Shown here: positions 1 through 10,909 of the stretch, piece by piece
Layout: each line of letters starts with the position of its first letter
Position numbering within the stretch: position 1 is the first letter of the stretch
Assembly: GCF_037042905.1 (NCBI RefSeq)
Contig: NC_087245.1
Span: 2,854,001 to 2,918,000 of the forward strand
DNA: 64,000 bases
DNA from: Lytechinus pictus
Lineage: Eukaryota
Direction of reading: 5' to 3'
Notes under the pieces: model-generated
The model's input: only the letters and a program-made list of their open reading frames with translations
Databases searched by the model: none
Told to the model about the DNA's origin: nothing
Translations under genes and position numbers: made by a program

Positions 1-80
1 GCTATATAGACCGCGGTGGGATTCGAACACATGACCCTCTGTTTACAAGGCGACAGTCAGAACCACTATACCACGGCTCT
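1..80 (-). mobile_element. 5' tRNA-derived head of a SINE (runs off the window edge)
   Basis: Minus strand reads ...CCGTGGTATAGTGG (box A)...GTTCGAATCC (box B). The segment GGGATTC.AAC.CATGACCCTCTGTTT matches the head of the full SINE at 51151-51462. Confidence 0.8.
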
Positions 81-699
81 TTAACAAAAACGAATAGGCC
101 TTCGTGAAAAAAACATCTTGCACAGGACATCTTTCTGATAAACATAAAACGTGAGCACGAGCTTATCTCTTTCTATTTTGTCCTGAAAATCTAATATTTT
201 GAGCAATGTTTGTGATCCTGAAGAAGATGCGTATGTAACAAATAATTACTTCGAGCGCGAAGCACGAGCAGAATATTTGTATATACGCTCAGTGTTAGGA
301 AAACCAACACTTAACATGACTTGAATTCACATCCTGTATAATACAGATTTAAAATAGTATCGTACGGAACGCAGAAAAAGCGGCTTTTTTGGAAACCTCA
401 AGTTCGTACTCTAAAGTCTGTGAGTTGGACAGATAATTTTTATAAAATCTGAACTCAAATCGATATTCAATTACCCAAGAACAAACAATTATATGAAAGA
501 AAGCAAAATAAACATTCATGAATAAATAAAGTAAATCAAAATCTCTAAATTGAAGCCAAACTTTCTTACTTTATGTCTCTTTGACTTCTTCAATCACTTT
601 ATTTGGCTGATGAATGATAATCCTATCAAACTAAAGACATTCATTACGTTAGAAACCGCTATTGGCTCATATTTCTGTCAATATATCATAAACAAAATA

Positions 700-800
700 C
701 TGTGTCGTACGGGACACATGTGTGTCGTCGTACGGGACACTTGTGTGTCGTACGGGACACTTGTGTGTTGAACAGGCACTTGCGTGTTGTAATGGACAGC
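700..800 (+). repeat. ~20 bp tandem repeat containing TGTCGTACGGGACA
   Basis: Three good copies and two decayed copies. The same motif recurs in the same orientation near 1710 and 1877. Confidence 0.75.
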
Positions 801-2289
801 CTGTATAAAACAATGAACTTTGTTTCAATCAGAAAGGGAGCATTGCCTCTAAATTCTTAAAGTAGTTATTCAGGACAATATAATGAAGTAACCTCATTCT
901 ATCCGTTATATATACAATTGGGAGCAATATATCATAATTTTTTCATGATGGGAAATGTACAATGGTTCACAGCACTTTTAAGAGCTAAAAAACTTGTGGT
1001 TTTGAAGTTATATTTTAGTGAATAAATTGATGGTTTCCAATACACTATATAAACTGTGTTTGTGTAAATTATGGAGCTAAAATGATAGGATTTTTCATAT
1101 AATATTTTTGTGCATGATATATGTCACAACTGTCACTTATAATTCCACAAAATATTTTTTTCTAAAGAAATGCGATTTTACGTTTTTTAACTTTTCTACA
1201 TTTTATAAAAACCATTTGTTTTGTCTTGTTTTCCAGATTATTTTAATAACATGGTTTGTCTTATTTTCCAGATTTTTTGTGAACAACTTGAGAAAAGTAA
1301 GGAGTTTCAATACTATATTTAAAAAATTAGTGATCATCAAGGGAGGTCCAAATAGATGATTGATATGTAAATATTTTGTTTACATCTTATACTAATTTCA
1401 CAAAAGCATACAAGAGGAAATCATCTTCCATGCAAGAGTGAATTAATCATAAAGGTTTTTTTTCATGCTCAAATTGACAAAGAAATTAACCAGCTCTGAC
1501 CAGTGAAAATCACCAGTTTAGCTGAAGGGATTCACAAAAGTATAGGCATACATGAAAGTTAATTAAAATCACCTATTTCATGTTCTATGGAGACAAAAGA
1601 AATACCTATTCAGTTCACTTAATGTCAAACCAATTACTTACATTAAAATAGGCCTACTGTTTATAGTTTCTGAATCCAAATCCTGCAATGAAATGCAGTA
1701 TATATTATTTGTCGTACGGGACAACTTTTAATAGGACAATTATTGAAAAATGAAGGGCAGTAATTAGATCCTTATAGGATAAATCGATCACCCATGGGTT
1801 AAAGATAGAAAAACTGATATTGTAAGATTGCATCATCAAAAATAAAAGTGTAGGAAAAACTTTTGCATCTTCATGTGTCGTACGGGACATTGCCAAAAAT
1901 AGGTTCGGAAAAATCAGGGCTGCGCCTATTATGGATCATGAAAATGTTGTAGATATTATGTGGAACAATCGATGATACATTATTACATTGACCTGCAATA
2001 TTTGTAATCTTCTCGTGCTTTGCCAATAATGGTTCCAGGCAGTGTTTGTACTTTAATATTTAATCAGCAAAATTATTGAAAATTGAAAGTTCCATTGTTT
2101 CCCCCAAAAAAACTTTATCTGACTTCACTTTTGGTTAAAACTCATAATTTTCAATAAATTTAGGTATCATAGTAAAATATTATACTGCCTATGACTTACT
2201 GAAAGCATGTTGAAATTTATGATATTTTTGAAATTCAAGTGTGGAATCGCCCTGTGTAGGAAAATTCTGAAGTGGATAGGGATCGCGTT

Positions 2290-2830
2290 TAATAAATGAT
2301 GCGAGTGCGAAGCGTAATATGATTATTACATGTACATTAGGAAATCATTAAAATATTACTATCTTACTTATTAATCTAATAAGCTTAATGAGAGCGCGAA
2401 ATTGATATAAAGGCTAGAAAACTGGACATTTTGTGATTATGAACAGGATGCATGGGTTAATAATTTTTTAACAAACATAATGCGAGCGCAAATTGCGAGC
2501 CGAAACTTTTGATAAACTGTCATGAAAGAGGGATTCAAAATAATTTGTTAGAATTAATATAGGTATACATAACTCCCTATTAAAAATGCAAGCGCGCGGC
2601 GCTAGCTGATACTATTAATTAGACCAGCCTGAAAAGCGATATTTTTCAAAACTTTATGGAATACACGAAGAGAATAGTTACTTGACAAATCAAATAATGC
2701 TAGCACGAGCTATATTTTTTTATATTTAGACCATAAAACTGTCATTTTACAGAAAACTTAACAAAATATAAAAAGCTCGATGTCCGAGAAATGTTTTGTA
2801 TATTTACTTCAAAACTTTATATATATTTAT
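2290..2830 (+). repeat. Interspersed repeat body built from GCGAGCGCGAAGCGCGAGC-containing subunits
   Basis: Colinear similarity to 5160-5640. The same motif recurs at roughly 85-120 bp spacing in many blocks across the window. Confidence 0.75.
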
Positions 2831-3423
2831 ACAGATTTCTCGCAAAAACCGTAGGGGGTGCCATCCTCCAACTCATTTATGGAGAGAGGGTGCGAAACAT
2901 CCTCAAAAGTAAAATGACATTGTCACAAGAGAATAAACAAAATAAACAGAAATAATAAACAAAATGATTTAACAGTCAGATTAGAATGTAAAAGAATGCA
3001 TTGCAATACAATAATTGATTCTTATTATTAAACTTTCACCAATTATTAGGTCTTTAGTGCAAGTGGCAATGAAGGCATCTTGTGCTTGCATCAAACAATG
3101 TTGCCTGTACACACCTGTGTTTGTTGGTTATAATTTATTGTTTTAAAGTGAGTGGGTCTTCACCTTTCCTGGAGAGTTTGACACCATTTAGATATAAATC
3201 AGTCTTGATCAATCCATGGTAGATCTTATGACAAGCAAACATAACGTAATGCCATTTGTATGGTGGCCCTGAAGGGACATCGCAAATCGCGAATATTCAC
3301 GACGAAATTCACGACGTCGCCAATTTGAATATTGAAGACGAAATTCACGACGAAATTCACGACATCGTGAATTTCGTCGCAAATTTCGTCGTGAATTTGT
3401 TTTGCTTGCCTGGGCGGTATGCG

Positions 3424-3811
3424 GGTTGAAACTAATTTGTCTGCTGCTAATTCCTCCACCGACAACAGGGTCTACATTCATTTAGTCTAATGCAATTATG
3501 TCCATTAACTTTTCGCCTAATAACCATATGGTCCAATAACCATTTGATCCAGTCATCACTTCGTCTAATCACCAGTTCGTCTATGACCATTTCATATCAT
3601 AACTAGTTGGTCTAATATCAATTTTATTTTCCTTAATTTCGCCCAATTAACACTTAGTCCAATTAGACCAAATGGCATATGGAATAAATGGCAATTGGAC
3701 CTACTTGGTTATTAGACGAAATGGCAGTTAGACCATGTGGATAGTGGACGGACTGATGGTAGACTAAAATGATAGCAGACGAATTGGCATTAGACCAATT
3801 GAAAATAAACC
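3424..3811 (-). mobile_element. MITE with 15-16 bp subrepeats, GGTT...AACC termini (left-arm copy)
   Basis: Internally inverted arrays of CCATTTGGTCTAAT-like units. Same family at 8039-8426 and 45053-45478. Confidence 0.75.
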
Positions 3812-5813
3812 ATTGAAACGACAGAACGATGTCCACTGCTATCCATACGCATAGGCGGATCCAGGGGGAGGGGGCCGAGGGGCCCGCCCCCCCCCCCCTA
3901 TTGGCGGAGCAAGAAAAAGGGAAAAAGGGGAAGAAAGAAATTTTAAAAAAGGAGGGAAAAGAGAGGAGAAAAAAAAGAAGAGGAGGAAGACGAGTGAAAA
4001 AATAAGATGAGGGATAGACATGGAAATAATAAGAATCTTTCATGTCACTATATAAAATTTTCGCTCGCGCTTCGCGCTCGCATTGCCTGTTAGGTGTTCC
4101 AGGGGCGGATCCAGCCTTCGCCAATAGGGGGGGGGGCGGAATTATTTTTCAGCCATATTTTCCCCGATCGGCCGCTCGAAGATGATTTTTGGTTTCTGTG
4201 AAGGGTTAGTCTTCTTAGCTTTATTCTTATAAATCAACATAAATATATAATATCATAATCCTTATTTATATAATATAATTAGCGCGAAGTGCGAGCTAAT
4301 TTTTTTTTTTAAATCTTATGTATTTTTTCCTAAAATTTGAACATTCTGGGCAATGTTTGTTTTCCTAAAAAAGATGTGTATGCAAATAAATAATTACTAC
4401 GAACGCGAAGCGCGAGCAGAAATGAACTGGTGGAAAAGGTACCTGTTAAAGACTGCATGCAGTTAGTCATGAAGACGTTATATAATTTAAAAATCAAATA
4501 ATGCGAGAGCGAGCTGAATTTTTTTGACATTTTTACCTAAAGAATGGAAAATTCTAATCAATTTTGTAATCGTGAACAGGATAGCTATATAACTAAACAA
4601 TTGATGCGAGCGCGAAGCGCGAGCGGAAAAAATCGAGATTTAGACCTAAATACGGGACACTCTATTCATGTTTTGTAAATTTTGAAAAGAATGAGTAATT
4701 TCTACATTAATGATGCGAGCGCAAAACGCGAGCAGAAAATTGTTTATATTGTGATCTGAAACTGGATAATGATTTAAATAGAGAACAAGTTGAATATTTG
4801 AATAAACATGCGCGCGCGTGTTTCATATTTAGACCTAGAATCTAGGCATTCTAAAACATATTTGATCATGAAAATCAAAGCGAGCGCGAGCTTAAACTAT
4901 TTGATATTCCTATCTGAAAAAAGAGTCAATTTCAGCTCTATATTTCAAGCACTTTGTAAGAAAATTGTAAGGTGGATATGGATCGCACATAGCTGATTTT
5001 TTTCATTATAATTACTTTCAATTTTGACATAGGACCGGTACATCCTTAGGACATGTAGGACATGTCATCATATGAAAATGATGACTGTCTTCCTATTCCT
5101 CTTGCGAAGCGCGAGATGAAACAAAAGGGACAATTCAATTATTAAATTAATATCTTATTCATTAATGCCTCATGAGGGCGCGAAGTCTGATGATATGGCC
5201 TGAAAACTGGATATTTCAAGCACTTTTGTAATTATAAATAGGATGCATCAGTTAATATATTTTTAACAATTAATCCGAGCGGAAATTGCGAGCCTAAATC
5301 TTTGTATACATTGTCATGAAAAGGGGATTGTATAATCAATATTGAGACATACAATCAAAATGCGAACGTGAAGCACTAGCTGATACGTTTTGACAATCAG
5401 ACCTGAAAAGGGATATTTTATTTTATGGAATACACAAAAATTATAGGTACCTGATAAATCAAAATTTGCGAGCGCGCAGCGCGAGCGGAAAATGTTAATA
5501 TTCAGACCATAAAACTGTCATATTTACAGAGCACTTTTTAAAAATCAATTTGTAAATCACACAAAATAATGAAAGTTTGATTTTCGAGATGAAATATGTT
5601 TTGTATATTGACTTCCAAACTTGATATTTAAACTCCATATTGAACAAGATATGAAAATCACCTAACGGGCAATGCGAGTGACATGAAAGATTCTTTTTAT
5701 TTCCATGTCTTCCCCTCATCTTATTTTATTCACTCGTCTCCTCCTCTTTTTTTACTCTCTTTACCCTCTTTTTTTTCTTTCTTTCCTTTTTTCCTTTTTT
5801 TTGCTCCGCCAAT

Positions 5814-7944
5814 TTATTTTTTTTCATTTTTTTTGTTTATCTATTTATTCAATAAGGGGTAGCCCATTCAACATCACTTGATCTCCCATGGGGCCCCTAT
5901 ACACAAGAATATAATAACAGAAATATTTACAGATAAAATCCTTCAAAATAACTTAACATATGCAAAAAATGTAATACAAGCTGAATTGCGAAGACATCAA
6001 TAATAAACATTGCAAAATTAGAGAGATTATTTCAATGGTATTCAAACATTCAAATACATAAATTTTACAAAGTAGTAAGTGCCAGCGAAACCTTAATTGT
6101 CAATCGACCTGAGATGTTGACGCTGGAAAATGTTCACACTGAAGATCACCAACACAGATAGGCACACGTGGGACAGTGTATTATTATTGCTAAAATAAAG
6201 ACCCGACGGAAGTGACCGAATCCGCGCTTATTTTGCTTATTTCTCAGCAATTACACAATTTCTTCCAGAATCCTTTGGCACATATTTTTTATTCATACAA
6301 ACAGACACTTAGGTGGTCATTATATTAGATTCTGTAAAAAGTCATTTTTAGATCGTTACCAAAACTGGAATTTATCTTTAAAGATGACGATTCCCGTATG
6401 ATGACCGGCAAGCTATTCCATAGTTTTGGACAGGCGTAAAATAAGGAATGCTTGCAATAATCAGAACGACACCTTGGAATAACAAGATCGTGTCTGACGG
6501 ACTGCCTCGTATTTTTCGAATGGGTTTTGTTTAGATCCTGAAAATAATTTGGGTAGTATTTTGGTGCGAGTCCATGAACACATTTATAAACAAATATATA
6601 TCGAAAATAAATGATTCTGTACTTGAAGGTCGTCCAATCTAGATTTGAAAACATTTCTTTAGATGGGGTATATATGTGACATCTAAGGATCAAACGGGCT
6701 GCTCTTTTTTGGAGTTTGGTAATTCGATCCACATAAATCTAAAAACGATTTCCCCATATCTCACAACAATAATTCATTTGTGATTCAATAAGGCACATAC
6801 ATAATGATTTCAGAGTATCATTTTCTACAAAAGGACGAATTCTTTTTAACATAGCAAGTCCAGCAAATATTTTTTTACAAACAGAATCTACTTGATCATG
6901 CCACAAAAGATGTCTATCAATTATAAAACCTAGACATTTGATACTAGAGCATTGACTTATATCGTTACCATTATGGTTTATGTGAATACAATAATTTCTA
7001 TATATATGAAGTTTTTGTTTACTCCCTAAGACCATGACTTTTGTTTTCTCTGTATTCAGATATAATCGGTTATCTGAAATCCATTTGCATAGAGAATTAA
7101 ATTCAAGTTGTAATTTATATTCTACTTCTTGAATAGAACTACCGGTGAGGCGGTGACATACAGAGTGGTATCATCTGCGTACATGATTACATTTCCATCC
7201 TGTAGGACACGGACCACATCGTCAATGAATATAAAAAAAGAAGAGGTCCTAGGATCGAGCCTTGGGGAACTCCAATGGAAAGGGAACGTTCATTTGATAT
7301 AGTTTGTCTTATTGAAACTTGTTGTTTTCTATTCGTAAGATAGGATTTAAACCAAGATAATGAGCCATCAGACAAACCTATTTTCTTCAGCTTTGCTAAC
7401 ATAATTGATGAGTCAACTGTATCAAATGCTCGTTTTAGATAATTAAAAATGGCACCAATGATTTTACCATCGTCAATAGCACGTATCCAGGTATCGGTTA
7501 ATGCAGCAAGTGCTGTGGAAGTACTGTGACCCGGTCTAAATCCAAATTGAGATTTCGATATCACATTATTAGAGACGAGATAATCATAAAGCTGCCGATG
7601 TACGATTTTCTCTAAGACCTTACTAAAAGAATTGGGAGTATGGAAATAGGGCGATAATTGGGTATTGCACTGATGTCGCCTTTTTTATACAAAGGAAGAA
7701 CTTTGGCATGTTTCCAATCATCCGGGTAAGTGCCAGACGATAAAGACAAGTTCATTAACTGAGTGATGCTGGGGACTATGACATCACCAGCAGATTTTAT
7801 AAGTTTAACACTTATTTCATCAATACCGGTTGACTTAGCTAAATCCAAATTGGTTATAATTTTCTTAACGGATTCAGATTCAACAACATCGAATTCAAAA
7901 GTATTATCAGAGGTAGAATTATTTTTGTCAAAATGACAATTTGA
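5814..7944 (-). mobile_element. 5'-truncated, frameshifted L2/CR1-group LINE (reverse transcriptase pseudogene)
   Basis: Four colinear minus-strand ORF pieces carry RT motifs NYRPISIL, QFGFR, AFDTV and GVPQGSILGP, with YADD near 7170-7185. C-terminal LQKRAARLI and PKLWNSLP. 3' stem-loop near 5856-5897 followed by an A-rich tail. Confidence 0.93.
6085..6381. mobile_element. Fragment of a TTAA-targeting (Kolobok-like) non-autonomous element inside the LINE 3' region
   Basis: LINE-like protein sequence stops abruptly at ...ESSSLK, at a TTAA next to GTTACCAAAACTGGAATTTATCT. Only one end is recognisable, and the left boundary is approximate. Confidence 0.45.
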
Positions 7945-8038
7945 TGGGGGGGGGGGGGGGGTGGGCCCCTCAGCCCCCTCCCCTCCTGGATCCGCCTATG
8001 CATATGGATAGCAGTGGACATCGTACTGTCGTTTCAAT

Positions 8039-8426
8039 GGTTTATTTTCAATTGGTCTAATGCCAACTCGTCTGCTATCATTTTGGTCTACCATCAGTTC
8101 GTCCACTATCCACATGGTCTAACTGCCATTTCGTCTAATAACCAAGTAGGTCCAATTGCCATTTATTCCATATGCCATTTGGTCTAATTGAACTAAGTGT
8201 TAATTGGGCGAAATTAAGGAAAATAAAATTGATATTAGACCAACTAGTTATGAGACGAAGTGGTCATAGACGAACTGGTGATTAGAAGAAGTGATGACTG
8301 GACCAAATGGTTATTGGACCATATGGTTGTTAGGCGAAAAGTTAATGGACAGAATTGCATTAGACTAAATGAATGTAGACCCTGTTGTCAGTGGAGGAAT
8401 TAGCACCAGACGAATTGGTTTCAACC
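8039..8426 (+). mobile_element. MITE with 15-16 bp subrepeats (right-arm copy)
   Basis: Reverse complement of 3424-3811 with scattered substitutions. Confidence 0.75.
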
Positions 8427-8693
8427 CGCATACCGCCCAGGCAAGCAAAACAAATTCACGACGAAATTCACGACGTCGTGAATAATTCGCGACGAAATTC
8501 ACGATGTCGTGAATTTCGTCGCCAATTTCGTCCTGAATATTCAAATTCACGACGAAATTCACGACGAAATTGGCGACGTCGTGAATTTCGTCGCCAATTT
8601 CGTCGTGAATATTTGCGATTTAGTCTATTTGCGATGTCCCTTCAGGGTCACCATACACTTGTGACTGCTTTCATGGTAAAGTAATTATCTCAC

Positions 8694-10280
8694 TTTTCCT
8701 GGCCTGACTCTTCTGTTGCCCAAGGCTTAATGAGGCTTGGAAAGTGCGACGATTTGTCGATGGGGCCCCAAGTTTGCTTTTTCCTAAGGATGTCCCTGCA
8801 CTTTACAAAGTCTGGGGTCAGGAAATAAAAATCCATTCTACATGAAAGCTAACGCCCCACTGACATAAAACTTTAAATTTGAAGATAGCCAAGTAACTAC
8901 TGACAGGGATATATCTCCAAGGATTAAGGAGACCGTGCATAGGAGCTTCCCAAAGATGGAAGTCATTAAATTTAGGACCATGTATAAGAAGAAAATGCGA
9001 AGACAGGGGAAAATTATTATTTATACTCAGAATACGTAAAATATGCTTTTATTCATATTAGCATAGAGACAGGCAGATGGTGCAACAAAGTTTAGCATCA
9101 TTTTGGGGGAAATTCCAATTAGATATAAAGGAACAGAAACCTATTACCCAATCAGATTTCTAATGTAAATGGTTGTTCTAATCGTGACATCATATTGAAC
9201 CAATTCTCAAGATTCTAGTGCATCAGCACTCTTCAAAATCCACACCTGCAGATTCTTGTCCAACATCACTCTTCAAAATCCACATCTGCAGATTATTGTG
9301 CAACAGCATTCTTCAAAATCCACATGTGCAGATTCTTGTGCAACAGCACTCTTCAAAATCCACATCTGCAGATTGTGTGACAGCACTATTCAAAATCCAC
9401 ATCTTCAGATTCCTGTGCAACACCACTTCTTAAATATAAAGGATGGAAATGCACATTTTGCAGATTATTGTGTGCCGTGCCTAATTGAGGGACAGCTTCT
9501 TTAACGAATTTTGTTGCCAGTTTTGGCTCCTTGATATGGAGGTATAGGCTTTGGACCTTCAAACAGCCTCATATCACTTCCCCATGATAAACAATAACTA
9601 GAACTTATATCTTCCCCAAAGAATGAACCTATTTGGCCTTCATAGTCACTTCTGACTGTAATTGAAAAAAAATCTGTAAAGTTTAGCGTGCTGAATATGA
9701 GCACTGAAAACAGTGCACATAATAGCAAATGTTTCACAAATTCACTTTCAATATCATACACTCACAAACATTACCTTCAGCAGCTGGTTCTTTGAATCTT
9801 TCTCTGTTTGCTCTCTGCCTTCAGGGATGTCTCCATATAAAGATGGTGTTCCGATTGTACAGAAGAAAACATTTAGTTCAAGTAACCAGCAGTTTCCCAA
9901 AAGCCTCCTCGTCACTTTAACCTGATGAGACTAAAACAAAAGGTTAAACACTGCACGGATGGTACAATTTTCTATGAATCAAACATCTAAGAAAGCCATG
10001 TGCAGAAAACAATAATCCCGTGTCCCAAATTTACTGCTGTTACAAAAAAGTCCCTAAAAGGATAAGGAATATGACTTACCTCTTTGTCCTTCATCTTCAA
10101 AAAGTCCACAATCTCTACCCAAATAAAAATTACTCCATTGCTAACTCTTTTCCTTCCATCTCTTCTCCTTCATTTACAACACCACCATAAAAATTATTCT
10201 CTTTCCATCATCCCAAACCTACTAGCATCATCCCCCTACCAGCCATACCCATCAACATCAATAGGGCTAAGCAAATCGCT
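8694..10280 (-). pseudogene. Candidate decayed multi-exon coding remnant, product unknown
   Basis: Minus-strand AG/GT-bounded segments 8694-8837 (144 nt, open frame MDFYFLTPDFVKCRDILRKKQTWGPIDK...) and 9775-9921 (147 nt, open frame VKVTRRLLGNCWLLELNV...). There is also an acceptor at 9656-9657 and a GTAAGT donor at 10079. Joining the segments requires stops or frame changes. Confidence 0.35.
9218..9430 (+). repeat. 40-bp minisatellite, about 5 copies
   Basis: Unit GTGCAACAGCACTCTTCAAAATCCACATCTGCAGATTCTT. CTTCAAAATC starts at 9231, 9271, 9311 and 9351. Confidence 0.92.
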
Positions 10281-10909
10281 ATCTACGATAAAATTTTGTA
10301 AAAAAAAAAAAAAAAAAAAAAAAAGTGAATGGAAAAAATAGAAGCCAGACTACAGTGTATAGTATTAAAGTCAATCTAAATGGTGGATGAAGCAAAGAAG
10401 CAATGAAGCTAAGAATATACTTTTCATGACTAAAAAGCAAACTGGAATCAAATTTAAAAGGGATCAATCACCCTTTTAACCAAACATATATATAGTGATA
10501 AAAAATTCCAATTCAACAAGGAGGCTTGTAGCACATGGAATACTCACAAAGAAAATGAAAAAAATGCAAAGGATATGCATTAAACTCTATTTCAACTGGG
10601 CTACTTCAGACCAGAATTTAAAAGATGATTGATTCATCCCCCCCCCCCCCATACTGGCATCCAATCACATGATCGGGTTTGGTTGATCTATTATGAGTTG
10701 TAGATGAATGGTATAATATGCAGCCAAAGACTGACAGATACTGATACTGTACATGACAACTTCCCACCCCCCCCAAAAAAAAAAAGAATTGTGTTTGTAC
10801 AATATATACACTTAAAAAAAAATCTGGGCTTACTTTAAATAAAATTATACTAAAAATAACACAATTTTCCAGCTCCCATGAAGACAATAGCACAAATATA
10901 ATTTTCCAT

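Larger units (their letters stand above)
3850..8000. mobile_element. Inner non-autonomous TIR element (CATAGGCGGATCC...GGATCCGCCTATG) with its right TIR split by a LINE
   Basis: The TIR includes G/C runs and a purine tract. The right arm breaks at ...GCTCCGCCAAT (5813) and resumes at the G-run at 7945. A CAGGGGCGGATCCAGC end is nested at 4099. Confidence 0.75.
3261..8653. mobile_element. Composite foldback structure with long inverted arms
   Basis: TA|TGGTGGCCCTGAAGGGACATCGCAAAT...ATTTGCGATGTCCCTTCAGGGTCACCA|TA. 3261-3899 is the reverse complement of 7945-8653, and 3900-4049 mirrors 5677-5813. The outer part consists of 12-bp AAATTCACGACG units. Confidence 0.9.

Noticed and set aside
1..80. 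tRNA gene
   Set aside because: It has A and B boxes but matches the head of the SINE at 51151-51462, and I could not build a convincing acceptor stem.
3209..3481. Paired ORFs mirrored at 8365-8684
   Set aside because: They come from the 12-bp repeat and the inverted duplication, not from a gene pair.
9218..9430. CRISPR-like periodicity
   Set aside because: Units are contiguous with no unique spacers, there are no cas genes, and the context is eukaryotic.
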